Positions 40,114 through 53,684 are shown, numbered from the stretch's first letter. The stretch is DNA of 64,000 nucleotides from Octopus sinensis (GCF_006345805.1 NC_043000.1:55924001-55988000); one strand, 5' to 3'. The notes: a model not told the origin generated them from the letters alone. Numbers and translations: made by a program.

Positions 40114-40720
40114 ATACGAGAAGAAACATTAAAAATTCTGATACCAAAATTTCAGCTTCCAGTTAGCAACGCCAAATAAGCGGAGTCAAAACAGCCTGCC
40201 AAAACATCCCATAATCCCTTCATTGTGGTATTTACACATACTTACACGTGACTTTACTATATTAATTTCCCCGTTCCTTACGTGTATATATTTCCGTTGT
40301 TGCGAATGAGGTTTATTTAAACAGCATTTAATACTTCATTTGACTGTTGCTTTTAAATATCCTCCAAACGTATTGAGATTTTTGTTTATTATTTTCTCCG
40401 TCAGAAGTTCGGAAACGAGAAACAATTTCAAAGTTTTTTCATCCACCAATAGAAATCTAATATTCCTCTCAGGCTTTACTATTGTTTGCAGCACTTAAAA
40501 ACATACAAACACATACACAGCGCATGCGTGCGTGTGTATGTGTGTGTGTGTGTGCAGCATTTAATCAGGAAAATATATCAAAAGTAATAAGTTTGACATT
40601 GACATCTAGTGCCATCTAGAGTATTTCAATAAAAGCTACAATACCTGTCTGTCATATACTGCAACGTTGTAGGATTTTTACAAAAGATAATGCGTACATA
40701 TAAATATTTGTGTGTATATA

Positions 40721-40755
<35 letters not shown>

Positions 40756-40767
40756 CGTGTATATATA

Positions 40768-40799
<32 letters not shown>

Positions 40800-40874
40800 C
40801 AGACACACATATATATATACATATATACACGTGTGTTTGTTTACATATGTAAGTAAATATACACATTGGTATAT

Positions 40875-40926
<52 letters not shown>

Positions 40927-41307
40927 ATATATAGATATATATATATAATATATATATATATATATGCATATCTAAGTATGTATATATATATATATATATA
41001 AATTAGAAAAAAACACATTTTATCAATTCAATAATGAAAAATTATATTATACCATTTAGAAAATTTACATATTATAGGAAGATTAAATATAAAATAAAAC
41101 ATATAACAACGATTAATTAATTTGCAAAAAAGTAAATAAAACGTATATATTTGGTAGAATAACGACACATGTTTCGTGGCTACATTCAAGAAATGATAAT
41201 AGTAATAATAATAAAATCACTTCAATATATATATATTTATACATACATATAGACACATAAACACACACACATACACACACACACATACACACATACACAC
41301 ACACACA

Positions 41308-41341
<34 letters not shown>

Positions 41342-41344
<3 letters not shown>

Positions 41345-41592
41345 CAAAAAATAAGCAACAAGAATGGATCGGTAGTTTAGTACAATTGTTTCATACTATA
41401 AACATTTTATTAAAGCTGCAAATATTACAGCATTCTATGGATCAGTAGCCAGATGTATTCATCCTTCCTATGTAAGGGGATATCCTTAAGGGAAAACTCT
41501 ATATTTACTTTTTCCATTCTTATTGAGAACTTGAGTACCAGAAAACAATTGTACTAAACTACCGATCCATTCTTGTTGCTTATTTTTTGGTT
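41342..41592. mobile_element. Small inverted-repeat element with ~50-bp arms, beside (TA)n
   Basis: 41342-41391 CCAAAAAATAAGCAACAAGAATGGATCGGTAGTTTAGTACAATTGTTT and its reverse complement at 41541-41592. Confidence 0.85.
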
Positions 41593-41688
41593 ATAATCAC
41601 CCCACATCATTTATGGTTAGTACCATAAAAAAATTCTGGTGCATCTAAGTTAAGTACCATATTCTTTTGAATCTAAATTGTTTTGCTG

Positions 41689-41741
<53 letters not shown>

Positions 41742-41949
41742 AATATAGGGAATAAATCCAAACTTACAGGGAAAAATCAGATTTAGGATTGAATCCAATT
41801 TTATAGTAAAATATTATATTAAATTAAATTAGAGATAAAACCACTATTAGGCAAATCATACAATGAAAAACTTAAGCCAATACATAAGATTAATTAATTT
41901 ATATTAATTTAAATATATATCAAAATTATTAAAAAATAATAATTAGTAT

Positions 41950-42016
41950 AACACTACGATCGTTTCATGGCTGTCCAATTCGTAAAAATTCAAGTTACAG
42001 TCATTCTTCAGGTGAT
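41950..42016 (-). ncRNA. Minimal type I hammerhead ribozyme motif (left arm)
   Basis: CAC-CUGAAGA-AUGACUG...CAGCCAU-GAAA-C-GAUC-G-UA/GUG; predicted cleavage between 41955 and 41954. Confidence 0.6.
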
Positions 42017-42044
42017 TGAAATATTAGCTAAGTTAAATATTTCA

Positions 42045-42111
42045 ATCACCTGAAGAATGACTGTAATTCGAATTTTTACGAATTGGACAGCCATGAAACG
42101 ATCGTAGTGTT
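42045..42111 (+). ncRNA. Minimal type I hammerhead ribozyme motif (right arm)
   Basis: CUGAAGA 42050-42056, stem II AUGACUG/CAGCCAU extended by AAUUCG/CGAAUU, GAAA 42095-42098, palindromic CGAUCG stem III, GUA triplet, stem I CAC/GUG. Confidence 0.65.
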
Positions 42112-42344
42112 ATACTAATTATCTTTTTTAATAATTTTGATATATATTTAAAATAATATAAATTAATTAATCTTATGTATTGGCTTAAGTTTTTCATTGT
42201 ATGATTTGCCTAATAGTGGTTTTATCTCTAATTTCATATAATATGTATATATATATATAATATATATATACTATATATATATATATATATATATTATAAT
42301 ATATATTATATATATATATTATATATATATATATATTATATATA

Positions 42345-43674
42345 ACACAGCTCCTGCAGCACTATGACTGGGTGTTGAAACAGTTACTAAATGGCTCAAA
42401 TGTGGATGTAATATATCTTGACTTTGCAAAAGCTTTGATAAAGTCGACCATGTATGATCTGTCATAAACTGCGTGGTCTCGGCATAGGCGGGAAACTTGG
42501 AGAGTGGCTGCAAACTTCCTAAAAGACAGAAAACAGGCAGTTGTGAGCAATGGAGCCACCTCCAGGGAAACGCAAATAACAAGCGGTGTCCCACAGGGCA
42601 CTGTCTTGGGGCCACTGATGTTCATAGTGGCCCTTTCAGACATGCCTCAGTTGCTACGATGACCACCCTTGCTAGCTATGCAGATGACACAAGGTCTCCC
42701 ACGCAATACAGAACCCTGAAAATATTGCGCATCTGCAACATGAGCTGGACACAATATACAGGTGGGCTGAGGACAACAACATGCAGTTTAATGCAGGTAA
42801 GTTCCAGGCCCTGCGCTACTGGCACACAAAGGTAAATGACGTGAAGACTGGATACACTGGCCCAGGAAGAATTGCAATCCCTGAGTCAAAATCAGTGCGT
42901 GACCTGGGCATTGACATGAGCAATGATGCATCTTTCCAAATGCATATTGCTAATCTGGTGATAAATGCAGACGGCTAGCTGGATGGATTCTCCGAACTTT
43001 CAGAACAAGAGAGAAGGAGACACTGATGGTCCTATGGAAAACATTTGTCCTCAGCCGCTTGGGGACTACTGCTCCCAACTTTGGTCACCACACAATATAA
43101 AACAAACAGCAGAACTCGAAGCAACTCAGAGAGCTACACAAAGAAAATCGTCTCAATGCAAAATGTCAGCTACTGGGAAAGACTGAAGGTATTAAACCTC
43201 TTCTCCCTGGAGCGGAGGCGGGAGAGATATGCAGTAATATACATCTGGAAAATCCTGGAGGGTCTTATCCCAAACTTTGGCATTCAAAGTTACTCCAACC
43301 GCAGAACGGGGCGCCGCTGCGTGGTGCCAAGGATTTCAACATCACCATCAAAATACAGGTCCAGATACTGCAACAGCTTGGGTTTCAGAGGACCACAGCG
43401 TTTCAACATCCTCCCTAAATGCCTGAGAGACTTACATGGTGTGGATGTGGGTTTCTTTAAAACTAAACTGGATCTCTCTTGTTGGAAGTCCCAGATGAAC
43501 CTACCTCACGACAGGAGACGCGGATGCGGGCAGCAGCATCGAACTCCCTTGTTGATCAAGTGCCACGTATCAGAGGTGGATTCACAAACTAGTGTGGCTC
43601 ATTCAGCGGTGGTGCCCCAGCATGGCCGCGGCCTTCGGGCTAAAACATTTTTAAGGATTTAAGGATTTAAGGAT
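42345..43674 (+). mobile_element. CR1/L2-group LINE, 5'-truncated and degraded, with (TTAAGGAT)3 tail
   Basis: DVIYLDFAKAFDKVDH, SGVPQGTVLGPLMF, YADDT, SLERRRERY, RGPQRFNILP; 8-bp tandem tail. Confidence 0.88.
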
Positions 43675-43926
43675 ATATACATATATATACATACATATAT
43701 ATATTATACGCTATATTAAATCTCTGAGCGAGATGTAAACAGTAGCAATACATATAATTGCCATAACATATAATTACCAACAAGCGTGGCGTCCTATACT
43801 GGACAGTGCTACTGACATTTATAGCCCCAGGAAGACAGCTCTTCCAGCTGGCTAACGACACACATTCTGTGCCCGATTAGTATTTGCGAGGGGTGGTGAT
43901 CGCTTCCATCCCTAGCCTTACGTGAT

Positions 43927-43973
43927 ATACTCAGACTCGAGTTTCAGGGTGGTTACCCGTCCTCAGCGTGTGT
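43927..43973 (-). ncRNA. Type I hammerhead motif, partly degraded
   Basis: ACACACG-CUGAGGA-CGGG UAACCA CCCU-GAAA-C-UCGA-G-UC; core intact, stem I mismatched. Confidence 0.5.
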
Positions 43974-44208
43974 TAATCACCAGTTAGGGATGAAAACTCA
44001 TCCCACTCGCAAAATAGCACCGTCTCGTATAGGACACCATACTTGGCTGGCAATTATATGTTACGATTCTGTGTTGCTTCTATTTACATCTCGCTCAGAG
44101 ATTTGATATAGTTTATTTCTCCTTTTTCGAGATCATCGACGATTTGTTGCAGGAAAAAGCATATAGTATTTTGCAGGTGGAGTAGGTATCATCAATAGCT
44201 GGTGATTG

Positions 44209-44256
44209 ACACACGCTGTAGACGGGTAACCACCCAGAAACTGGAGACCATGTGTG
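44209..44256 (+). ncRNA. Degenerate hammerhead motif (inverted partner of 43927-43973)
   Basis: ACACACG-CUGUAGA-CGGG UAACCA CCCA-GAAA-CUGGAG-AC-CAUGUGU; core mutated, stem I nearly intact. Confidence 0.35.
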
Positions 44257-44514
44257 CCATGTAATGCTAGGGATGGGAGCGATGACCTCCTCTCGCAAAT
44301 ACTAATCGGACACAGAATGTGTGTCGTTAGCCAGCTGGAAGAGATGACTTCCTGTCCCGTATAGGACGCCACACGTGGTTGGCAATTATATGTTCCTTCT
44401 TGCACGCGTGCAAAAATTTCGCGTCTGTAAGCCTCGTCAGATCCCGCCTGCTACGTATATTGCGCGCTCATCGTATTTTCGTTTTCACCGAACGCACCGA
44501 GCAGAGATATTATG

Positions 44515-44599
<85 letters not shown>

Positions 44600-44606
44600 A
44601 GAGAGA

Positions 44607-44995
44607 GGCGTGGCTGTGTGGTAACAAACTTGCTTCCCAACAAGATGGTTGCGGGTTCAGTCCCATCGCGTGGCACCTTGTGCAAGTGTCTTCTACTAGA
44701 GCCTCGGACCTACCAGGGCCTTGTGAATGCATTTGGTAGACGGAAACTGAAAGAATCCCTCGTATGTATATGTGTGTGTCTTTGTATTTGTGTTTGTCGT
44801 CCTACCATCACTTGACAACCGATGTTGGTGTGTTTACGTCGCCGTAACCTAGTGGTCCGGCTGAAGAGACCGATAGAATAAGTACTAGGCTTACGAAGAA
44901 TAAGCTCTGAGTTAGATTTCTTCGGCTAAAACCTTTTACTGTGGTGCTCCATCATGACCACATTCATATGACTGAAACAAGTACACGAATAAAAG
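44607..44995 (+). mobile_element. tRNA-derived SINE-D
   Basis: A box TGGCTGTGTGG, B box GGTTCAGTCCC, tail GTGGTGCTCCATCATGACC...TGACTGAAACAAG. Confidence 0.85.
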
Positions 44996-45309
44996 TATAT
45001 ATACAAACACATTTGCATATAACAGATAAGTTTATAGATAAATCGAGAGAAAGATAAAGGGATAGTTAAATAAGAACGCTAGGCTTTACAAACGAGAGCA
45101 AAAGAAAATTTTCAATTTATTATGCAGAGTCAATTTCTTATTATCTGAAAATGGTACAGGACTTTATTCGGCTTCGTACTGGTTTGTTACTCAAACCTAG
45201 TTTCTGCAATTTTATCTGCTTAAAAATTATAGCTTTATCTACTTCGAGTCGCCACCCCATCCCGATAAAAATGAATTACACACATACACACACAAACATA
45301 TATATGTAT

Positions 45310-45393
<84 letters not shown>

Positions 45394-45784
45394 CACATAC
45401 ATCTATACACGACACCCACCCACAGACATATATATCCTCCTATTAACATATGACATATCCACAAATAACCCTCAGTCAAAAAGCTGTAGCACATCTATAT
45501 ATCTATAATACCCATATATGAATATTAGATATTCATATTCATTGAAATCAAGTTTCGTATTTAATTTAGACTTTTGAAAATAATAGAATATACATATATT
45601 CATAGCTAAAATGAATAAATATTAAGATTTTAATTATATTTTTGCATACGTTTATGCCTCTTTGCTTTTATAATTTTTCAATCATGCAAAATGTTCCTAC
45701 AATTATTTACAAACTGCTGCAAAGGAAAATACCTTGCTTGCAAAACTTCTTTAATTCAGAATTGGTTTAATATTAAAGCAATAC

Positions 45785-45858
<74 letters not shown>

Positions 45859-46145
45859 GTATGTATGTATGTATGTATGTATGTAACAAAACATCCTTCT
45901 AGAAGAAGGTAACTCAGGTAACTGGGATAATTCCGACATAAAACCTGCGGCTCAGTGGTTACCGATGATGTTGACTTGTTCTTTTCGGATTATGCCTGCT
46001 GTTGCTTAGTGAGGGAGATTGAGTCAGTGCACAGCCTTTCCTCACTTTAAAAAGATCTTCTTGCACTGGCATTGCATGATAATAAAATTGATTAAGCTTC
46101 GTGCAAAAGCCAGAGTCGATAACGAGAGGGCATCCACAATATATG

Positions 46146-46234
<89 letters not shown>

Positions 46235-46346
46235 GTATGTATGTATGTATGTATGTACGTATGTATGTATGTATGTATGTATGTACGTATGTATGAATTT
46301 TTGTGTGTATGTATATGTATACACATATGAATGTATGTTATGTATG

Positions 46347-46543
<197 letters not shown>

Positions 46544-49500
46544 TCGAAAGAGATATGTAGGTGGAGATTATTCGATCTTCACAGACGACTATTCAGACCC
46601 GCTCCAGATCTGCATGGTTTGAAGTATGGGGGGGGGGGGTGAAAGTTGCAAGTTAGTTTGTGCTTCCAGCTGGTTAGGTCTGCACATATTGTCACCCTTT
46701 CATCGCCGTGAGACTTTCAGTAGATGCAATGCCAAATGAGGCCACAAGAAAGAGACTTTTATTTGTCATTACTTTATAGTGATAAACGCTTGTACAACAC
46801 GAGTACCCCTCTCTGATTCTCCGTGGTTAGTACATAGTGACTGGCCGAAGTGAGATGGCCAGTACTCCCCTCCTAGAAGGATGCTGTATAAACAGTTAGG
46901 AACCCATCCTTTTTTAGAGGTTTTACTATGTGCTCTTACACCAACCGACAGTTTTTCTGCATCCACGTGCTCAGATGGATTGTCATTCCATTTGCTGTTA
47001 ACCTAAAGCTCGAATCCTGACAGATGCCACAATTCGGAGTTAGAGTAGATCTGGGAACAAATGTGGCTTAGATGTGATTCCATACTCTTCAAAACCTTGG
47101 AACTTCCGAACGAGGGCCTCACTAGTTTAAAGTAATATTTATAACACACACAAATACATACATACATACATACATACATACTTCCGAACCAGAGCCCCAC
47201 TTGTTTAAAGTCGTATCTAGGACACGCGCGCGCGCACACAAACATACATTCATACATTGATACATACATTACTACATACATTTTTACTGGATATACTGCT
47301 ATATACTACTATCTATAGCAGTTGTATATATAGTATATCCGGTCCCATACACTGTATATTTTAATGGCGTAGTCATAGGAAGGGTGACGGTCAAGTGTTT
47401 GTATGAGCTCCGAAGCTGGAAGGGAGAAAAGGGGAGGTCAGAAACCAATGCCATGTGATATTTTGTTCAGCAGTTCCCTTTAGACATGGTACTTATTTGT
47501 CTTCTTCAGCATAACACACTTCTCATTATCTTCTTCATAACATACACTTCTCACTACCTTTTTTGTTATGAGGTCAAAAAGTTGAAAGTAAAGATACTGT
47601 AGATCTGATCTCTGCAAACGATCACCACCAGAAGTAATTCATTCCGAAGTTTTAAATTTCAACAGTTCTGTAGAGATAAAAGATAATATTGATCTAAGAA
47701 GTGTTTTTAACTAAAGTACATGAAGCCAAAACATTTCTCAATGCCATAATCCTAGATACTGAAATCTCCGAAAGTCATAATTTCCGACATGTGTCTAGTT
47801 ATTTTAATAGCTCCAGGAAAAATGGACAAAGTCGATTATAAAAGATTTGAACATAGCACTAGATTAAATGTTGTAATACATTTTGTCCATCTGACACTCT
47901 GCTGCTTCTGCCATTCGACCACCATTTTGATATTAACTATAGCAAGCAACACCTTTAATTTTCTGCTGCATTGACTCCAAATTTCCTTTGACAAATAGCT
48001 GATCATGGAAGAAACAAACGTTGACAATTTAGGATTTGCCAATTCATAAATCATTCATTTCTAGTTGTATTTTTTGTACATGTGTTTGTTTCTCAGATTC
48101 GAGTAGCTGCCGGCAACAATGATAGAAACTTCCAGTAAATTCTGTTCACTGTCTTTTCATATGCAAAAGAGCATATAAAAGGAAAAAGAAACAAAGAAAT
48201 ATTTTCAAGTAAAAGTTTGGTAGACGAATGTTTGTTGGTTTGGAATTAAGTTTCACAAAGCCATTAAGTCTTCGTTGTTGTAATCCGAAATATTTGCATT
48301 CTTCCTTAGAGTATGTTCTGAAAGACTTTAATTTAAAATATTGCTTTTCACAGATAACTTTCTTTCCTAATCAACAGCTGTTTCTTATGAGACTCTTATA
48401 TATGAGATTCTGCAAATGCAATCTTTCGTAAAACGCTCTTTTACTATTATCTATTCTATTATAAAATGTCTGAGCCTGACTGGTAAATGTTCTGAGCCCT
48501 TGGTTCGTAAAAGATTGATAGATGTGAAGAATTTTACTTCCAAAATTATAAATGTTGTTGTTGTTTAGTCAGATCGACCCTAATTGAGCAAATGTATGGT
48601 TAAAAAACATTTTATCCACGTTCCACTTGTATTTTCCTGTATTTTTGTTTATCTGAGATATTGATCAATGTGCCTTTCTTTTTCCAAAATAGTCTGGTGT
48701 GCTTGAGGAAATTTCTCAGTTATTTATAGCAAATCGAACAACAAAAGAGTAAATTCATTTACTCAGGAGCCAATATTTTGTACTCTTAAGTAGGATTATT
48801 TTTCTGCTTGTTTCAGGCTATCTATCTAACCAAGAAATAAAACCTTTACAGCCATCGTATCTGAGCGGTAGGTCAATCCTGAAATATATATCCATCTCTT
48901 ACACGTTATAAAACATTTTAAAAATTTATCAATCTAGCCATTTGATATTCTGATTACGAGATAAATACATGGAAATTATATATTCAATTGGTTTGAAGGT
49001 GAATAGTATACCATCAATATATTTTGATGAGGAAGGCCTTCAGATCCCTTTTCAATTCATTTTCTATGATAGCATAGATGTTATCAATCATGCTATTTTA
49101 GATATTTGTATATAACATGGCACTAATAATAATACCTTAAATATAACTGCGATACATATGATTATAACTTAAATTGATTTTCACAGAGCATTATATAAAA
49201 AGATAAATACCCTCTAGACATAACGCTAATCTCTCTTCAATAATGAGTCATAACTGAACCTTTACATAGCCTTCCCTAAAGGTAAAGAGTACTCGGAGAA
49301 AAGCCAGATTTCCCATCTTCTTCACGGCAAATAAACTTATAGATGTACTGTCACTGGTTTCAAGAGACAGTCTGAAATTTAGAATAGATGAAATTATCGT
49401 AACGGAAGAACTGGTTTCGTGTTTTAAAGTCAGATCCGTGACTGTAGAAGAGAAGAGGGGTATATGCGCTACAGTTGAAATTTCCCTTCTAAATCTAGAT

Positions 49501-50532
49501 TTTACTATTACTACATTCCTTGAATTCTGCTTGTATTTAAATGAACATAAATTATTGATGGAAAGCTTATCATAAACACAGTTAATTTGCAGTGAAACCG
49601 TTGAAACTATCAACTGCTCGCAGTTAATTTAACTTAAATGTGTTGTTAGGAAACATAAAGAGGATCTTGTATCTTGAGAAGGTCATTACGCCAATAACAA
49701 TAAACTCACGCACTAGTTCAATATCAAGGTCTGGCCTGAAGTGAGAGGGCATGTCATTGATGAGATCGCGAATAGCAACGAAAAGATTTTGACAAACAAC
49801 TGATAGATTGTTTAACCAACACATTAAAGAAACGATCAGTTAGTTAGTTGCTTAGATACTTAACTGATTGACTAACAATAAAGAAGTGATATTGAATCGG
49901 TGCATATGTTATTATTATTGGCGTAATGACTTACTCAAGACACAAGATTTGTTTCAAAACACGAATACACATCAAAAATATTGCAAACTAAATGCAAAAA
50001 AAGATATAAAAAAGACTTGTAGAAAACGTGTACTCATGGTTCAGGAGCAAGTAGCCTAGATATCTTATCCATTCAATAATTTCTAAATCATGTTGGAGGA
50101 AGTATTTTCTTGATAAAGACGTCTATTAATACTAACGGAAAAGTTTTGAATTAGGATTAATGCTTCTTTTCAGTTAGACCAAGTAGTGAACAGAATGTAA
50201 CTTGAATTGATAGAACATCAAATAATTATGTGTGTAGTAGTCGATTAGAATACCTCTTGGATTTTGTTCTGTGTCCCAAGTTCAAATCCTGACATGATCG
50301 ATTTTTCCTGTCATCCTTTTGAAGTCGATAAAAAAAGGAAGCTGTCCAAGGAAGACGTGTGGTGTAACTTTTACAGTGACGAATAAAATGACGTGAAGCA
50401 TTTGTTTCGGGTCTTTGCATTTTGAATTCAAGTCCCATCTAGGCCCAACCACGAAAACACCAGTCTCATTCCAAATTGTAATGAACCGGTACGGACATCC
50501 TAGATAAGCCGGCAGTAGCATATTGAAGCAAA

Positions 50533-50744
50533 GGCGGCGAGTGCGGCAGAATCTTTAACCGGACAAAATTCTTACAGGCATTTCGTCCGTCTTCACGTTC
50601 TGAGTTGAAATTTTGCTGAGGTCGACGTTGTCTTTCATCCTTTAAGGGTCAATAAATTAAGTACCAGTTGAGCACTGAGGTCGATGTAATCGGCTTACTC
50701 CCTCCCCACGATTTTTCTGGCATTTTGCCAAAATTTGAAACCAA
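50533..50744 (+). mobile_element. SINE-B (CCAAAATTTGAAACC tail); a second partial minus copy at about 50240-50350
   Basis: Head, B box and CTTTCATCCTTT centre present. Confidence 0.8.
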
Positions 50745-51862
50745 TAGTATATTGAGGTACTCATTTAGCAGCGAGTCAACAAAAGTTGCATGGAATCAGT
50801 AGTAACTACATATGTCTTAGAATCAAAGAATATAATGGCTGAATCAAGGTTTGAGCTCATGATCTCTAGATAACTTTAAAAAAAAATTCAAAACTTTATT
50901 GAGACATATTTATTCAGTATAATACTCGTGAATTTTAGCAGACAATGAGAACATTTTTAGAAGTGATTTAAAACAGCCGAGATGTAACAGCTGAAACATT
51001 AAATTCATTAAGCCATATTAATAAATTTGAAGTAACTAAATTTAATATTTAATTTTATAATGCTTTCATTACAAAATCGATTCAGACATTCCAAGACTAT
51101 TTTTATTTTGGTATAGTATCAGATTGAAATCTAAACAGCTTCAAACATGTAATTTATCATTTTTCTCTATAAACAATTGTTTTTTAGATTTTACTAATTA
51201 CAGAGAATTTTTTTAATGCTGAAATTTAGAAGACTATGGTAGATTTAATAATAGGATCAGCGAGAGAAATATATTGCTGTGGGGTGTTAGCCTCAGGTCA
51301 ATTATGATTGAGTGGAATTCCCCTCATAATCATTCCGTTCTTTTAGGGTGTTCCAGGACTACAACATCTAATGATATTTTCTATTTTTAAGACGGCTGAG
51401 AGTAACTTGAGGGAGATGTGGAAGCCAAGTGACTACATAGTCTCCTTCGAGGCCTCAGTTAATGTATGTAACTGGTTGTGGTGTTAAAAACTTGTCCTTG
51501 ACAATTGAAGCAACAGAAGCTAATATCTTATCACTGAGACTGTGCTAGGATCCTTGTCGAAAGTATTTGGTCCTTAATAACCTAGTCCATTCAGTTGTAA
51601 ATATGTTTCATGTGGATGTGCTATTCATTTATTCAGGAAGGAAGATTACGATATAAACTGACAAATATTAATTTATAGTGCCGAAGAGTATTTCATTGTC
51701 CTGATAAAGTTTGAGTAGTATAGCTCTTGCTTTCCTTGGATCTTGAACTCCCGGTGGAGTCGAGTCCTGAGCATTTTAAACATAACAGAACGCATTCGCT
51801 TCCAGGTCTGGCCACAACTGATTTCTTCCAGAGAAAATAGGAAAGAGAGAGAGAGAGAGAGT

Positions 51863-51899
<37 letters not shown>

Positions 51900-53282
51900 C
51901 GCGATCTAGAAAGAATCTACCCCAGAGTTGAGCTAATCTTTTAGTAATTGAATCTTGAAGGGATGAAAAGCAAAGTTGACTTTGACGAGATTTGAAGTCA
52001 AAGCAGAGAGAGCAGAAAGAAACACTACAAGATATTCTATCTAGAAGCGCAAATTGCTGACAAATATTTTATGACGTATTTACTTTGTTAGGTATATTGT
52101 TATGTTATAGTCTCATAAGTATATTATCAACTTTAACGCTTAGATTGCTATTGATTGATATTCTTAAACAGGTAAAGAGAGTTATCAGCTCCTTAACACT
52201 GTACATGACAGGTTAAACTCCCTCACATCACAACTTACCACGCAAAGTATTTCATACACGATCATTGAACAAATATGAATCTGTGCTGACAGACTTGATT
52301 TTTTTATCAGATCAGACGAACACACTATGTTATTAAAACTACACTGTTAGCTAAATCACTGTCACAATGGTGATTTTTTATAAAACACTGAAGACTGTCT
52401 TTCACTTTACTCGTGACATTTTGGGCAATATTATCGATCAATGTATCATGGCTTTAAAGAGTAAAAAAAAATAGGTGTTATATCTTTTGTGAGATATGTA
52501 AAACAAATTAACATTGCAAATGTGACATCTCTTGCAACAAAAATGATGACAAAAATAATTAATTATTTAATTGCTTTATGCATGCAAAACCATAAAGTGT
52601 GTAAGTGCTACAAATGGTGAGAATAGAAATATGTCGAGAATGTAACTGCGATAATAAGTATGACTGAGGGGAGCTTAGTGGTCATTTGCGATAAATTTTG
52701 TATAAATCGTTTTGACAAGAGAGATTGACTCAATACTTCATTTACAAAAGTGTTTAGAGGTTGCTCGGTTAATGTAGAAGCTGTATATGCATATATGAAG
52801 AGAGTGGGCTCGAAACGTCAAAGAACTTATCTACTTCTCTTGAGCGTCAAACTAATACGCTTTGTTTGTTGTTCACTCACCTCTTTTGTACATTTGAACC
52901 ATGTATGTATATATGTGTGTGTATGCATATATGTATATATGTGTGTGTGTGTGTGTGTGTGTGAATTCGTATGTGTGCCCGTATGTGTATGCCTCCCCAC
53001 ACATGTTTATACTAGCTATAAACTAGTATATACTACAAATTTATGTCATAAACAACAATGAAAGAGGTGACTGAAGCTTCACTACGTTTGGTTTCTCAAA
53101 CAGCTTGAAAAACCAGATTTGGTGAAACTCCGAAAATATTACTGCCTCTAAAAATATATATCTTTGTTTCATATATTGACTTCTTTATTTAGTAAATGCT
53201 TTTGTTTAATAAAAATAAAAGAGAGCTGCCCAGAGGGATTTAAATCTGTTTAGAATTTCACAGCATAGACATTAAAAACTAG

Positions 53283-53684
53283 TTTGTCATTTATCTATTA
53301 CTGGTTTCTGTCATTTGACTGAAGTCATGCTGGGGCACCACCTTGAAGAATTTTAGTCAAACGAATCGGCCCCAGTACTAATTTTTTAAGCCTGGTAATT
53401 ATTCTATCGGTGTCTTTTGTTGAAATGCTTTACAGGGACGTAAACACACCAAAACTGTCAAGAGGTGTTGGGAGACAAACACAAACTCAAAGACACACAT
53501 GTAGAGAGAGAGAGAAAGAGAGAGATATGACGTGCTTCATTCAGTTTCCGTCTACTAAATCCACCACACACGGTTTTACATCGGCCTGAGGTTATAGTAT
53601 AAGACACTAACCAAGGTTGCACGCAGTGGAACTGAGCCCGGAACCAAGTGGTTCGGAACCAAACTTCTTACCACACAACCACTT
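53283..53684 (-). mobile_element. tRNA-derived SINE-D
   Basis: Reverse complement colinear with 44607-44995; tail GGTGGTGCCCCAGCATG. Confidence 0.8.

Larger units (their letters stand above)
41718..42234. mobile_element. Foldback element with 200-bp arms (41826-42025 and 42036-42234) in (TA)n
   Basis: Near-perfect palindrome with a 10-nt spacer AGCTAAGTTA; the left arm extends ~110 nt further. Confidence 0.9.
43712..44393. mobile_element. Compound foldback element (interlocked inverted repeats)
   Basis: 43766-43986 is inverted to 44196-44393, and 43712-43800 is inverted to 44028-44110. Confidence 0.8.

Noticed and set aside
42345-43674. Claim that the CR1-like LINE specifically targets (TA)n
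   Set aside because: Only one copy in the window, and (TA)n is abundant.
47100-47215. HDV-like ribozyme in the short direct repeats flanking (CATA)n
   Set aside because: A P3/L3-like motif is present, but P1 and P2 partners could not be found on the same strand.
49248-49613. 121-aa minus-strand ORF with an open antisense frame
   Set aside because: No recognisable domain, splice sites or start context.
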